Position numbers and translations under genes: made by a program
Part shown: piece after piece, positions 28,990 through 39,437 of the stretch
Layout of the letters: the number at the start of each line of letters is the position of its first letter
Numbering within the stretch: position 1 is the first letter of the stretch
Assembly: GCA_963849495.1 (NCBI GenBank)
Contig: CAWKHN010000009.1
Location: 207,305-271,304 of the forward strand
Length of the DNA stretch: 64,000 nt
DNA from: an uncultured Chloroflexia bacterium
Lineage (GTDB): Bacteria; Chloroflexota; Limnocylindria; Limnocylindrales; CSP1-4
Reading direction: 5' to 3'
Notes under the pieces: model-generated
Seen by the model: only the letters and a program-made list of their open reading frames with translations
What the model was told of the DNA's origin: nothing
The model's database searches: none

Positions 28990-29631
28990 ATGGCTGACCC
29001 TGGGCTGTCGCTCGAGCAGCGCCAGGATGTCGAGATCGGCATTGAACGGCTCGTCTTCTTCTCCGATGCCGTGTTCGCGATCGCCATGACCCTGCTGGTC
29101 ATCGACCTCCGTGTCCCCGACATCGTGGGATCGGTGACCAACCGCGCCCTGACGAGGGCGCTGGTCGATGAGCTGCCACGTGTCTTCTCATACGGGCTGA
29201 GCTTCGCGGTGATCGGGATGTACTGGCTTGCCCACTGGCGTCGCTATGCCGCGGTCCGTCGCGCCGACGAGACGCTCGTCCTGCTCAACCTCCTGCTGCT
29301 GGGATTGGTGGCCGCCATCCCGTTCCCGACCTCGCTCCTGGGCGAGTACGGCGATCAGCCGGTGACGGTGATCGTTTACGCGGGTCTCCTGGCGGCGGCC
29401 GGGCTCGCCGGGACGGCCGGCTGGCTGTACGTGACCAGGAAGGGGCTGGTGCGGCCCGAGGTGACCGAGACCGAGGTCCGCATCGGGACGTTGCGCGGTC
29501 TGGCGGTGCCGACCGTGATGCTCGGTTCCCTGGTCATTCTGCCGTTCTGGGGTCCCGGCCCGGTGGAGCTGGCCTGGCTACTCATCATCCCGATGCACTG
29601 GGTGATCGCGCGCTGGGCGAGGCGGACGTGA
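28990..29631 (+). CDS. TMEM175-like (DUF1211) putative potassium channel
   Basis: RLVFFSDAVFAIAMTLLVIDL signature in TM1. 6 TM. Confidence 0.7.
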   Translation: MADPGLSLEQRQDVEIGIERLVFFSDAVFAIAMTLLVIDLRVPDIVGSVTNRALTRALVDELPRVFSYGLSFAVIGMYWLAHWRRYAAVRRADETLVLLNLLLLGLVAAIPFPTSLLGEYGDQPVTVIVYAGLLAAAGLAGTAGWLYVTRKGLVRPEVTETEVRIGTLRGLAVPTVMLGSLVILPFWGPGPVELAWLLIIPMHWVIARWARRT

Positions 29632-29652
29632 TTTCAATCAAGGAGGTGCCGC

Positions 29653-30066
29653 ATGGCCGTACGTAACCTGCGGGCTGAGCGACCGGGGAGCGTGCCAGCA
29701 GCGGCGGCACCCCTCTCTCCGATGCAGGGCCTGATCCTGGCGCTGCGGGCGGTCATGGAGACCGCGATCGTGATTGGCCTGGCGTACTGGGGGTTCCAGA
29801 CTGCCGACGGTTCGATTGCGAAGATCGGGCTGGCCATCGGCGCGCCGGTCGTGGGGTTTGGGTTCTGGGGTCTCGTCGACTTCCATCAGGCCGGCCGAGC
29901 CGCTGAGCCGCTCCGACTCGTGCAGGAGCTTGTCATCACGGGGCTCGTGGCGCTTGCCGTGTGGAGCGCCGGGCAGCCGTTGCTCGGGCTCCTGCTGGCA
30001 GTGATCTCCCTCGTGCACCACGCACTCGTCTACACGACCGGCGGCCGGCTGTTGAAGTCTCGATGA
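29653..30066 (+). CDS. YrdB/DUF2568-like small membrane protein
   Basis: AAGGAGG SD. LALRAVMETAIVIGLAYWGF pattern. Confidence 0.5.
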   Translation: MAVRNLRAERPGSVPAAAAPLSPMQGLILALRAVMETAIVIGLAYWGFQTADGSIAKIGLAIGAPVVGFGFWGLVDFHQAGRAAEPLRLVQELVITGLVALAVWSAGQPLLGLLLAVISLVHHALVYTTGGRLLKSR

Positions 30067-30107
30067 ACGGCCAGGTCGGGACCCTGGTCCCAACAGCCTC
30101 CGGATAA

Positions 30108-30635
30108 GTGCGCATCTTCGTTGCAGGGGCCTCGGGCGTGCTCGGGCGCGCACTGCTGCCCCTCCTGCTGGGGGACTACGTGGTCGGCACGACGCGGTCG
30201 CGGCCCGAAGTCGTGCGCGCGCTCGGTGCCGAGCCCATCGTCCTCGACGCCTCCGATCGCGGGCGCGTGCTCGAGTCGGTCGCAGCGGCGCGGCCGGAAG
30301 TCGTCGTGGACCTACTCACCGATCTGCGTGGACGTGACTTCGCGGCGAACGACCGCATCCGGCGCGAGGCGACGCCGATCCTCGTCGAGGCGGCGGTCGC
30401 AGCACGCGTGCGGCGACTGGTCATCGAAAGCATCGCCTTCGCCGTGGCAGCCGAGACGGCCGCGGCCCGCGACAAGATGGAGGGGACCGCCCACGCCTCG
30501 GGTCTGGAGGTTGCCGTCGTGCGTCTCGGTCGACTCTGGGGGCCGGGAACGTGGAGCCCCGTGCCCGGCGACGACGGGAACTGGGTGAGCGTGGAACAGG
30601 CGGCGAAGCTGCTTCGCGACGCGACCCTGAGCTAG
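30108..30635 (+). CDS. NAD(P)-binding Rossmann protein (NmrA/SDR-like), short
   Basis: GTG start. VRIFVAGASGVLGRAL glycine-rich loop. Only 175 aa, possibly truncated. Confidence 0.55.
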   Translation: MRIFVAGASGVLGRALLPLLLGDYVVGTTRSRPEVVRALGAEPIVLDASDRGRVLESVAAARPEVVVDLLTDLRGRDFAANDRIRREATPILVEAAVAARVRRLVIESIAFAVAAETAAARDKMEGTAHASGLEVAVVRLGRLWGPGTWSPVPGDDGNWVSVEQAAKLLRDATLS

Positions 30636-30795
30636 GGGATACGCGGGGGCCCCGCAGGTGCCACCACTCGTGACACCTTCATCGTTCGGCTCCAGACTCG
30701 GGACGACGAGCCAGCCGCCGGCCCGTCCCGCGTAGATCAGCTGCTCTGTCGTGAGGCCCGATCGCGCCCGCAGGTTGGCCCGGTGACGCTTCGCC

Positions 30796-30984
30796 GTGCT
30801 CGGCCGGATGCCGACGCGCGCCCCGGCTCGCGCGACGGACCGCGAGATCGCGGTCGTCGCCGCAGGCTCGGAGAAGGCGGCCGCCCACCGGCTCGGCCTG
30901 TCGCACTCGACCGTGAAGCACCACCTGGCGAATGCGCGGTCCAAGGTGGGGGCAGGGACGACCGCGCAGCTCGTGTGTGCGTAG
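30796..30984 (+). pseudogene. Copy 1 of dispersed GerE/LuxR-type HTH mini-ORF repeat (degenerate)
   Basis: ...AAHRLGLSHSTVKHHLANARSKVGAGTTAQLV. Compared with other copies, carries an indel producing a premature stop before the conserved ILAPRLPEPEG tail. Confidence 0.45.
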
Positions 30985-31031
30985 CGGCTGCCGGAGCCGG
31001 AGGGCGGGGGGTACTCGGACGATTGACGCGT

Positions 31032-31496
31032 TCAGATGAGGGCCTCAACCCGGGCCTTGACTGCGGCCGCCTCCCGGCGCACGCCGTCCTGCATGCGTGC
31101 CCTGATGACGGGTTGCACCAGTCGCAGGAGCCCACTGAGGCGGACCTCCCCCGACAGCGTGAAGGTGCTCCCGCCTGGCTCCGGCTCGACGACCACCTTC
31201 CCGTCGTACACGAGCCCGGGAGACAGCGCCCGAAACGAGAGACCCCGCCCCGCCGAGAAGGCGGTGATCTCGCACGTGGCTGGGATCGTGCGCGGGCCTA
31301 TCTGGATCTGCTCATCACACCGAGCCCCGACGTCCGTGTAGGTCTCGGACACGACCGCTGAGGACGCCAGGTTCGCCCGCCACTCCGGGAAGTTGCGGAG
31401 GTCCGCGACAAACTGGAACACGTCGCCGGGCGGCCTGCTGATCGATACCGTCTCGCTCACGCGGAACATCACGGCCCTCCCTTCACCATCGCCCAC
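31032..31496 (-). CDS. SRPBCC-superfamily protein (polyketide cyclase/START-like)
   Basis: FRVSETVSISRPPGDVFQFVADLRNFPEW pattern. Start may be the downstream MFRV Met. Confidence 0.7.
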   Translation of the reverse strand: MGDGEGRAVMFRVSETVSISRPPGDVFQFVADLRNFPEWRANLASSAVVSETYTDVGARCDEQIQIGPRTIPATCEITAFSAGRGLSFRALSPGLVYDGKVVVEPEPGGSTFTLSGEVRLSGLLRLVQPVIRARMQDGVRREAAAVKARVEALI

Positions 31497-31549
31497 CGCG
31501 TGATCGCGCCGGGTCCGCGACGTCTGGTCGCCGGCCCGGCTGGTTCGCG

Positions 31550-32407
31550 CTAGGTCGCGGAGACCCGCCCGGCCGTGGGCACGCTGTCGCCCCGGAGATC
31601 GAGCAAGCCGACGGCGAGCCAGCCGACGGACAGCACGCCGAACGCGAGGGTCTGGACGAGCGCTGCCATCTCCTGGGCGCTGCTCGTGGCCGAGGAACCC
31701 TCCAGGTACCAGCCGATGGTCCAGGCAAAGGCAGCGACGAGGCCGGCGGTCAGGAGCACGCCCTTCAGGCGGGCCTCCTGCCCCGCAGTGAGCATCCGCA
31801 GACCCAGCAGGCCGCTGGCCAGCGCGAAGGCCGGGATCAGCAGCGACAGCGTGGCCCAGGCCACATCGCCCACGAAGAACAGGGCGAGGATGGCCGCTGC
31901 GAGGGCGAGACCGAACGCGGATGCCAGGAGGCCAAGTCCGCGCGCGACCGGGTCGCGCCCAAGCCGCCCGAGGGCGATCCCGGCGATGCCGATCGCCATG
32001 AGGCCCACAGCGAACGGCACGATGTAGAAAAGGAGCAGCATGGGCCCGCTGTTGGGGTAACCCTCGGGCGACCCGGCGGCGAGGAAGACAGCGATGAACA
32101 TGGCCAGGAACACGCCACCGAGGACGATGGCGAGCGGCGCGAGACGGTCGAGCATGGGACGGCGGACCTTTCTGCCGGCACCCGCCTCGGACGGGTAGTC
32201 GCGGCTCATGCGCGCGTCGAGCGCACCGAGCGCGATGTCGAGGACGGCCGACGGCGTGAGCACCGTGTCCGCCAGAAGGGATACGAGCTCCTCTTCGTAG
32301 CGAGCTCGCCAGTCCGGCGGATACAGGCGCACCAGGATGGGGATCAGGCGAGAGATCGGGCTCGGGGACGCAGCCATCAGGTCAGGACCCGTCTGCCGTT
32401 CCGGCAA
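31550..32407 (-). CDS. PadR-associated membrane protein (paralog of 23645..24334 architecture)
   Basis: N-terminal cytoplasmic helix with RARYEEELVSLL then 5-6 TM. Confidence 0.6.
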   Translation of the reverse strand: MPERQTGPDLMAASPSPISRLIPILVRLYPPDWRARYEEELVSLLADTVLTPSAVLDIALGALDARMSRDYPSEAGAGRKVRRPMLDRLAPLAIVLGGVFLAMFIAVFLAAGSPEGYPNSGPMLLLFYIVPFAVGLMAIGIAGIALGRLGRDPVARGLGLLASAFGLALAAAILALFFVGDVAWATLSLLIPAFALASGLLGLRMLTAGQEARLKGVLLTAGLVAAFAWTIGWYLEGSSATSSAQEMAALVQTLAFGVLSVGWLAVGLLDLRGDSVPTAGRVSAT

Positions 32408-32720
32408 ACCCGTTCAGGCGGACGAAGCCCGTCTGGACAAGTCGCTCCAGCTGGTCGAGGTGGGCGCGGAGGGTCGTGGCGCCGAGCCCCGTGAGGCGAT
32501 ACGGCCGCCGCCGGTCCTCGGCCGGGAGCGCCTCGATCAGCCCTCGCCGCTCGAGCCGCCCGAGCGCCGCATAGAGCGTGCCCGGTCCCAGGGGCTGGCC
32601 AGCCGTGGTCTCGGCGTCGGCCATGATCGCGTAGCCATGCTTGGGGCCATCGCTCAGCGAGATGAGGATGGCGATGGACGGCTCCGCGAAGCGGCCGAGG
32701 TCGAGTAGACCGGATGTCAC
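32382..32720 (-). CDS. PadR-family transcriptional regulator
   Basis: GTG at 32720 with AGGAGGA SD. HGYAIMADAE...GTLYAALGRLERRGLI. Confidence 0.75.
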   Translation of the reverse strand: MTSGLLDLGRFAEPSIAILISLSDGPKHGYAIMADAETTAGQPLGPGTLYAALGRLERRGLIEALPAEDRRRPYRLTGLGATTLRAHLDQLERLVQTGFVRLNGFAGTADGS

Positions 32721-32884
32721 GGTGTCCTCCTGGTGGCATGCCTGCCAGCGCGTGCGCCGGCGACTAGTATCGGCAGGCGCTATATCGTGTTGCGATATAT
32801 AAACCGCTGACGATTGATTGTCAAGAGGGCGGGTCATGCGGTCATCTGCGCGCCCATGCCGCGCTCGCGTGGTGGTCCGCGTCG

Positions 32885-33544
32885 TCATTGGGTTTCCTCG
32901 TCGCCAGGGACGAGGGCCGCGCGGGCGTCGGCGTCGTCCCAGTCGGCGGCGGGCCTGCCCCCCGTGCGGTAGTCGTCGTCCCGGCGCAGGACCGTCCGCA
33001 ACACCTGCTCCCGGTCGCCCGCCGCCGCGAGCACGCCCCGGATGGCGGAGCGGACCAGGGTGACGGTGTCCATGGTTGCGACCGCGTCGTACAGCGGGGT
33101 GGAGTCAGGCACCCGCCGGACACCCAGGAGCCCGGCACCCTTCGCGACCTCGAGCGTCCGCTCGAAAATCCGCTCCGGCGCCTCCGAGCGGGCGAGACGC
33201 GCCCGCATGTCGACAAGCACCGTGTGGGCGAAGCCCGGATAGTCGAAGGGCAGGCCGCCGCAGGCGTACTTCCAGCGGGCGTCGAACGTGAACCGCTCCA
33301 CCGCCTCGCGGTCAGAGAGGCCCTCGAGGCGCTGGAGGACCATCACGACCGCGACGACCAGGGGCGGCACCGAGCGCCGGCCGACGCCGGTCGCGAACAG
33401 GTCGGCGAACAGCTCGTCGGGGAACAGCGCGTGGCACTCGCGGGCGAGCAGGGCATGGATCGAGTCCGATCGCACCAGCGGCTCGACGAAGGAGCTCGTG
33501 TCGCGGAACAGGTCAGCCTGACGGGGTGCGGATCCCTGCGACAT
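32885..33544 (-). pseudogene. IS1182/IS5-family transposase N-terminal fragment (InsH_N/DUF772 domain only)
   Basis: LVRSDSIHALLAR...LVVAVVMVLQRLEGLSDREAVERFTFDARWKYACG. DDE catalytic half absent. Abuts the PadR gene. Confidence 0.6.
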
Positions 33545-33759
33545 CGGTGCGCTCCTGCGATCTCGGTCGGCAGCTCCTGCCACAGGGAATTGTAGCTGCG
33601 CCCGAGCCGGTCCGTCAGCCGGTCAGAACGCGCGTTTCACACCAGCCACCTAGGGGCGCCCGCCCCATCGCACCACGAGGGCGCAATGCGCATGCCGACC
33701 TGAGCCACGCGACGCGAATGCGGGCCTCAGGGGGTGTCGACCTCCAACGGCACCGGGCC

Positions 33760-35259
33760 CTACCCGGCCGACACCTCGACCGGTCGGCCGTCCGAGCCAC
33801 CGGCCACGACCACGCGGTCCCGTCCCCCCGCCTTGGCGAGATACATCGCCGAGTCGGCAGCGAGGATGAGCTGCGCGGGCGAAGCTCCGTGCTCCGGGTA
33901 GGCGGCGACCCCCACCGACATCGTGGCGGTCGGATAGACATCCGTCGGTTCGTCGAGCTGACCCGCCTTGACCCCTTCCCGGAGCGCCTCCGCCCGACGA
34001 TAGGTGTCATCGAGCGATGCCTTGGGCAGAATGACGACGAACTCCTCGCCGCCGTACCGGCAGGCGATGTCCTCGCCCCGGATGGCCGCGCCGAGGAATC
34101 GTCCGGTCCGCCGAAGAACCGCGTCGCCGGCGGCGTGGCCGAAGGCATCGTTGAGCTGCTTGAAGTTATCAAGGTCTGCGAGCAACAGCCCGAGACCATA
34201 GCCCTCACGGGCTGCCCGTCGGATCTCGCGCTCGAGCGACTCTTCCATGTAGCGGCGGTTGAACAGGCCCGTCAGCGAATCGCGCGCCGATTGCTCCCGG
34301 AGCGTCGCCCGGAGACGGATGTTGGCGAGCGCGAGGGCCAGCTGCTCTCCCAAGGTCGTGACCAGGCGCTCCCGATCCGCGAGCGGGGCCGCCCGCGCCT
34401 TACCGCCGGCGCGTCGGCGCACCTGGACGTGGAGCAGCCCGAGCGTCTCGGTCTGGGCGACGAGCGGTTCGCAGAGCAGACCGACCCCGATCGGCTCCTC
34501 GATGTGCGGGCATCGGAGCTCCGGATCCCCGTCGTGGACCACGTGGAGCCGGCCGCGCCTCATGGCCCAGCAGTCGGTCGGGGAGAACACGCTCCGCTGC
34601 GGCGGCGGACTTCCCCACGCCGCCATGGCCTCGACCACGCCACCCGATGAATCCAGCGCATACACCGCCCCAGCGTCGCCCGCGAACAGCGGCTCGGCGA
34701 CCCGCGCGATCACCCCAAACGCCTCGTCGAGCGACTGGCACGCTTCGAGCAGCTCCCCCATCTGGGCCAGCAGGGACAGCTCGCGTCCGCGCTGCTCTAA
34801 CTCGTCGGCGTGGTGCTGGAGCTCCTCGTGGGCCTGCTCGAGCTGCATCTGGAGGTTCGTGCGAGCCGTGATGTCGACGACGGTGGCGATCACGAGCGAC
34901 CCGCGCCGAGATCGCACCGGCGCGAGGCTGATCTCCACGGGGATCTCGGTGCCGTCCCGGCGGCGAGCGGTCAGCTCCAGCCCACTGCCCATCGGGCGGG
35001 GCGTCGGGTGAACGCGATACCCGGCGCGGTGCGCGGTATGCCGCTCAGCCTGGCGCGACGGGATCAGTGACTCGATCGGCTCTCCGCGGAGCTCGTCGGG
35101 CGACCAGCCCACGAGCTCCTGGACCTTCGGGCTGGCATACACGATCCGGCCGCGTGCGTCGACCGCGAGGACGACGTCGGGGCTCGCGTCAAGGTATGCC
35201 TCGACGTTGAGGCCGAGGGGTGAGGCGAGTCGGGCTCGCGGCGCTCGTTGGGCATCCAT
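33760..35259 (-). CDS. PAS-GAF-GGDEF diguanylate cyclase
   Basis: RYGGEEF motif. N-terminal PAS and central GAF-like region. Confidence 0.85.
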   Translation of the reverse strand: MDAQRAPRARLASPLGLNVEAYLDASPDVVLAVDARGRIVYASPKVQELVGWSPDELRGEPIESLIPSRQAERHTAHRAGYRVHPTPRPMGSGLELTARRRDGTEIPVEISLAPVRSRRGSLVIATVVDITARTNLQMQLEQAHEELQHHADELEQRGRELSLLAQMGELLEACQSLDEAFGVIARVAEPLFAGDAGAVYALDSSGGVVEAMAAWGSPPPQRSVFSPTDCWAMRRGRLHVVHDGDPELRCPHIEEPIGVGLLCEPLVAQTETLGLLHVQVRRRAGGKARAAPLADRERLVTTLGEQLALALANIRLRATLREQSARDSLTGLFNRRYMEESLEREIRRAAREGYGLGLLLADLDNFKQLNDAFGHAAGDAVLRRTGRFLGAAIRGEDIACRYGGEEFVVILPKASLDDTYRRAEALREGVKAGQLDEPTDVYPTATMSVGVAAYPEHGASPAQLILAADSAMYLAKAGGRDRVVVAGGSDGRPVEVSAG

Positions 35260-35548
35260 GTGGCTGGACTACGTATACGCCAATTGTCAAGAAATGTGGA
35301 CTCGATGGCTGTTGGTCCGTGACGCTGTCAGTGCCAACTGATCATCCCATTCGGCGTCGCAGCGCCCCCGGCACAAGCGAAGACCGCAGCGGCACCCCAT
35401 GACCGATCTGCATTCCGATCCCCTGAGGGACCTGACCGATGACGGCCGAGCATCGGGCGTGCCGACCGGCGGCAGCGGGCGCGGGATCCCCTGCTGCCGG
35501 CCGGCCGGTACGATGCGGGCGACCTGACCCGCGCCGCGAGCAGCCACC

Positions 35549-36406
35549 ATGGACCCCATCCCCAGCCCCGCGACCGAGCTCGACCTGGCGCTGCCGTCCG
35601 GCCGCATCCACGCCGAGCGACGGGGCATCCTCGGCACCCCCCTCGTGATCGGCGTCCCGGGCCTGTCCGCGAACCTGCGCGGCTTCGACTTCCTTGCCGA
35701 GCGCCTCGCCATCACCCACACGGTGGTGGCTGTGGACCTCCGGGGGCGCGGCCTGAGCGAGGCGACGGCGCCCGGCACGTACGGCTGGCCCGGCCACGCC
35801 CGCGACGTGATCGCGGTGGCCGACGCGGTCGGCGCGCTGCGGTTCTCACTGCTCGGCCAGTCGATGGGCGCGGCTGTCGCCATGGAGGCCGCCCGCCTCG
35901 CCCCCGGCCGGCTGGAGGCGATGGTCCTGATCGACGCCTGCGGGCAGCCCGACCCGTCCACCGCCGCCCCGATCCGGGCCTCGGTGGAGCGCCTGGGCGC
36001 GGTCTACCCCTCGCTCGAGGGGTACCTGGCGCTGGTCCGGCAGCTGGGGACCGTTCGGCCGTGGAGCCCCTATTGGGAGCGCTACTTCCGGTACGAGCTG
36101 GAGGAGGTCCCCGGGGGCGTCCGGGCCCGGAGCCAGCGGGCGGCGGTGCTCGAGGACGCCGACTACGGCGAGGTCCACGATCCGGGCGAGCTGTGGCCGT
36201 TCCTGACCATGCCCGTCCTGCTCGTGCGCGCGACCCAGCCGCTCGTCGGCGAGCGCGGGTTCGTGGTCCCGGAGTCGGTGCGCGACGCCTTCGTGGCGGC
36301 TGTGCCATCCGCCACGGTCGTCGAGGTGGACGGGAACCACTACGGCGTGAACACGCACCCGGACACCGCGGAGGCGACGGCCCACTTCCTCGACGCGGCT
36401 CGCTGA
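35549..36406 (+). CDS. Alpha/beta hydrolase
   Basis: GQSMGAAV nucleophile elbow. Confidence 0.8.
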   Translation: MDPIPSPATELDLALPSGRIHAERRGILGTPLVIGVPGLSANLRGFDFLAERLAITHTVVAVDLRGRGLSEATAPGTYGWPGHARDVIAVADAVGALRFSLLGQSMGAAVAMEAARLAPGRLEAMVLIDACGQPDPSTAAPIRASVERLGAVYPSLEGYLALVRQLGTVRPWSPYWERYFRYELEEVPGGVRARSQRAAVLEDADYGEVHDPGELWPFLTMPVLLVRATQPLVGERGFVVPESVRDAFVAAVPSATVVEVDGNHYGVNTHPDTAEATAHFLDAAR

Positions 36407-36833
36407 CCGCAATCCGGTCTTCCACCTTGCGGCAGTTCGGTCGGCGACCAGGCCGCCGACAACGGCGACGGCCGTCGCCACCTCGAGATCGCGGCTCGAG
36501 GCAGCCCTGCGAGCCAAGGCGCCGGACGCCATATCCGTGGCGACAAGGTGAGCGCGCCAGACGTGGACCGGTTGAAGCGGGAGACAAAGGACTGCGGCCG
36601 CGTCGTCCCACGGAATAGCAGCAGGTTCGTCAATCTGGCCGACGTCGAGCACCGGCTGCGACCGCCACGGCAGGATGAGCCAATCGCGTTGACACCGGCC
36701 GCCTGTATCTGGATGGCTTCTGCAGACCGAGTCCGAGCGATTTCGCGTCAGCCATCGCCGGCTCGGCCGGCCGTCGACCGCTCGAACCCGCCCCGGCTAC
36801 GGCGCGTCCGATCAGCCTGAGGCGTGCGGCCCG

Positions 36834-37523
36834 TCAATCGCGGCCCAGCGGCAGCCGGCGGCTCCGTGCTGCTGCGACCAGCAGGTAGGCACCAAGGACG
36901 ACGATCGTCGCGGCCGTCGGGTAATCGGCGATGCGCTCCGTGATTCCCACCGGACCCACAGACGGACCGCCGAGGAACAGGATCAGGCCCACGAACCCGA
37001 GGATGCCGGAGCCCGCCGCCATTGCTGCCAGCCAGCGCCTGGCGGACGTGATCGACAGACCGAAGAACACCAGGGCGAAGTTGATCGAGATCAGCCCCGT
37101 GAGCGCGCCCCACTGATGGACGGCCACGTTCACGTCCTCCGGCGCAACGCCAGCCACGATCAGGCACACGCCGGCGATAACCATGAAGGAGCGGGCCACG
37201 TCCCGGTTCCAACCTTCGGGCCAAGCGGAGTGGGTGAGGATCGCCCCGGCGATGTGGAGCCCCCCCACCACGGCGAAGGTTGCATCGACGGCCAGGTGCA
37301 GCGGCGAGCAGCCATCCGGACCGCACGTGGTGTTTCCCAGATCGCTGATGAGGTTCGTTGTCATCTGGTACGGGACGCTGGATGTCGCCTGGGCGACGGC
37401 CTGGATGATGAAGAAGGCGATCGACAGCGCCCACGCGCCTGCCCCCAGCGCCACGAGCCGGCTCGTGGTGGTAGGGAATGTCGCCCCATTGAGCCCGGGC
37501 GAGTCGCTCGGTGGCACCGACAT
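36834..37523 (-). CDS. DUF998-like integral membrane protein
   Basis: ATG 37523. 6 TM. Confidence 0.55.
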   Translation of the reverse strand: MSVPPSDSPGLNGATFPTTTSRLVALGAGAWALSIAFFIIQAVAQATSSVPYQMTTNLISDLGNTTCGPDGCSPLHLAVDATFAVVGGLHIAGAILTHSAWPEGWNRDVARSFMVIAGVCLIVAGVAPEDVNVAVHQWGALTGLISINFALVFFGLSITSARRWLAAMAAGSGILGFVGLILFLGGPSVGPVGITERIADYPTAATIVVLGAYLLVAAARSRRLPLGRD

Positions 37524-37867
37524 CGTCGCAGTATGCGCCGCGCCCCCTCCAAGCCCGATAGAGCGGTCTGCCCGCCCGGGTTCGCCGTGATCCAAGCTCC
37601 TCGACTTGGGGCGCCGGGCCCCGGTCATCTTCGGAATGGTCGCGGCGCCCCTGCCTGGGCAGCCCCGTCCGTCGGCTGCAAGTGGACAGCGAGCAGCTGA
37701 GGAGCACTTGGTGGGCGTCCGGCGTGTCCCAGGAGTCGGCACGTGGGCAAGGCAGAGTCACGGAGGCAGGCTGAGTCCCGTCAGGCACTTGCCGTGTCCT
37801 GCTTATCCGGTTGACTCCGAGTTCGGCGGAGGCATACTGTAGACGTAACTCGAGGAGGTGCGCGAAC

Positions 37868-38092
37868 ATGTCTGCCAAGAAGCCGCTCATCACCCGCTCC
37901 GACGATCGCGCGTGGGGGGCCGCGGTGTTCGCAGGGACCCGGGTCCCGGTCGACACGCTGTTCGAGTACCTCGAGACTGGCGAGACGCTCGAGGAGTTCC
38001 TGCGCCAGTTCCCGACCGTCACGCGCGAGCAGGCGATCGCGGTCCTCGAGATGTCCCGCCGGCTCACGCGCAAGGAGGCGGTCCCGGCGTGA
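37868..38092 (+). CDS. DUF433-family protein (antitoxin-like)
   Basis: 74 aa. GGAGG SD. Typical partner of DUF5615. Confidence 0.7.
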   Translation: MSAKKPLITRSDDRAWGAAVFAGTRVPVDTLFEYLETGETLEEFLRQFPTVTREQAIAVLEMSRRLTRKEAVPA

Positions 38093-38409
38093 AGGTTCTG
38101 CTGGACGAGATGCTACCCGCGGACGTGTCCGGACTGCTGCCGGGCCACGCGGTGGTGAGCGTCCAGCGGGCGGGCTACAAGGGTCTCAAGAACGGCGAGC
38201 TGCTGCGTCGCGCGGCAGCCGACGGGTACAACGTGCTCCTGACGGCTGATCGCAACCTGCCGGCCCAGCAGAACATCCCGGCCGTGAGCATCGCGGTCGT
38301 GCTTGTCCGCGGCAGCAAGACCTCCGAGATCGCGGCACAGGCCGACAAGATGAGCGCAGCCATCGCGGCCGCGAAACCAGGCACTGTCACTCGTGTGGAG
38401 CCAGGCTGA
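38089..38409 (+). CDS. DUF5615-family PIN-like protein (toxin-like)
   Basis: GTGA overlap with DUF433. 106 aa. VKVLLDEMLP...LLTADRNL acidic PIN-like pattern. Confidence 0.65.
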   Translation: MKVLLDEMLPADVSGLLPGHAVVSVQRAGYKGLKNGELLRRAAADGYNVLLTADRNLPAQQNIPAVSIAVVLVRGSKTSEIAAQADKMSAAIAAAKPGTVTRVEPG

Positions 38410-39385
38410 GTCCTGTCTTCCGGCCGCGACGGCGCGGCGGCTCGCCCGCTTCCCTGCCCGTGATCTGCTCATAGGTTGTCGGCTCGCGGTGCGCGCCCAG
38501 GCCGAGGAGCGTCTGGAAGCCTGCCATCGGCGCGCGGCGGCGGTTCCAGCGGAACACGAACTCGTCGAGGTAGACCGGGAGCTGGTCCGCGCCGACGCCC
38601 CTGTGCGTGCCCAGAAGCCACGCCTTGAGCTGGCTGATCGCGCGGTGGGCGTGCGGCACGACGTCCTCGGTGCCGGCCAGGTGGAAGCTCTCCTGGGTCC
38701 GGGGCAGGTGCGTGTAGCCCTGCGCCGCCACGCCGTCCTTGCCCTGGTGGCCGCGGTGGCCGTCGGAGAGCACGCTCGAGCCCTGCTCGATGTTGCGAAC
38801 GATGAAGCGCGACAGGGTCAGTGCCGTCGCATCAGCGATCACCTCGGCGCGCACGCGTCCCGAGCCCTTGCCCCGCACTTCGACCGCCACCGCGACCATG
38901 AGCGCCTTGCGCCCCGTGATCTGCTGACCGCCCCGCAGCTCGAGCTGCTCGCCGCCGACTAACGTCTCGTCGATCTCGACCGTGCCCTTGAGCGGCTCGC
39001 GGTTCGCGTTGACCATCGCCCGGCGGAGCTTGTGGAGGATCAGCCAGGCGGTCTCGTAGCGGGCGAGGGCGAGCATGTGCTGGAGCTGGAGCGCAGACAG
39101 GCCCGGCTTGTGCGCGGTCATCCAGAAGGCCGCCCAGAACCAGGTCAGCAGCGGCGTCCGGGTGCGGTGCATCACCGTCCCCGCCGTGACCGACGTCTGG
39201 TGATTGCACGCCTTGCACTGCCACAGCCGCCGCCGCGGCAGATCGAACGCCGCGTCATGGCCGCACTCGGGGCACCGAAAGCCGTCGGGCCAGCGGCACG
39301 CCGCGAGGTAGGCGACGCACGACTCCTCGTTGGGGAACATCCGGTTGAAGTCCGCGACGTTGCGCGGGTAGGGCGGGCGTGGCAC
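38387..39385 (-). CDS. IS1595-family transposase
   Basis: N-terminal zinc ribbon (CPECGH...CKACNHQ). DDE_Tnp_IS1595 core. 332 aa. Confidence 0.85.
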   Translation of the reverse strand: MPRPPYPRNVADFNRMFPNEESCVAYLAACRWPDGFRCPECGHDAAFDLPRRRLWQCKACNHQTSVTAGTVMHRTRTPLLTWFWAAFWMTAHKPGLSALQLQHMLALARYETAWLILHKLRRAMVNANREPLKGTVEIDETLVGGEQLELRGGQQITGRKALMVAVAVEVRGKGSGRVRAEVIADATALTLSRFIVRNIEQGSSVLSDGHRGHQGKDGVAAQGYTHLPRTQESFHLAGTEDVVPHAHRAISQLKAWLLGTHRGVGADQLPVYLDEFVFRWNRRRAPMAGFQTLLGLGAHREPTTYEQITGREAGEPPRRRGRKTGLSLAPHE

Positions 39386-39437
39386 GCGCCGACGCTACCG
39401 CTCGATCATGTCGGAGTCAACCGGATAAGCAGGTGCC

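Larger units (their letters stand above)
37819..39432 (-). mobile_element. IS1595-family insertion sequence carrying a two-gene TA-like cargo
   Basis: Perfect 23-bp terminal inverted repeats (37819..37841 CCTGCTTATCCGGTTGACTCCGA, with its reverse complement at 39410..39432). Flanked by an 8-bp direct target duplication TGCCGTGT (37811..37818 and 39433..39440). Encodes one transposase plus the DUF433 and DUF5615 genes. Confidence 0.85.

Noticed and set aside
35712-36652. Two overlapping minus ORFs of about 270-300 aa
   Set aside because: Antisense of the alpha/beta hydrolase gene. Extreme Arg/Pro/Gly content.
36748-38073. 441-aa minus ORF
   Set aside because: Only the in-frame DUF998 portion (36834..37523) is supported. 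The remainder runs antisense through the IS left end and the DUF433 gene.
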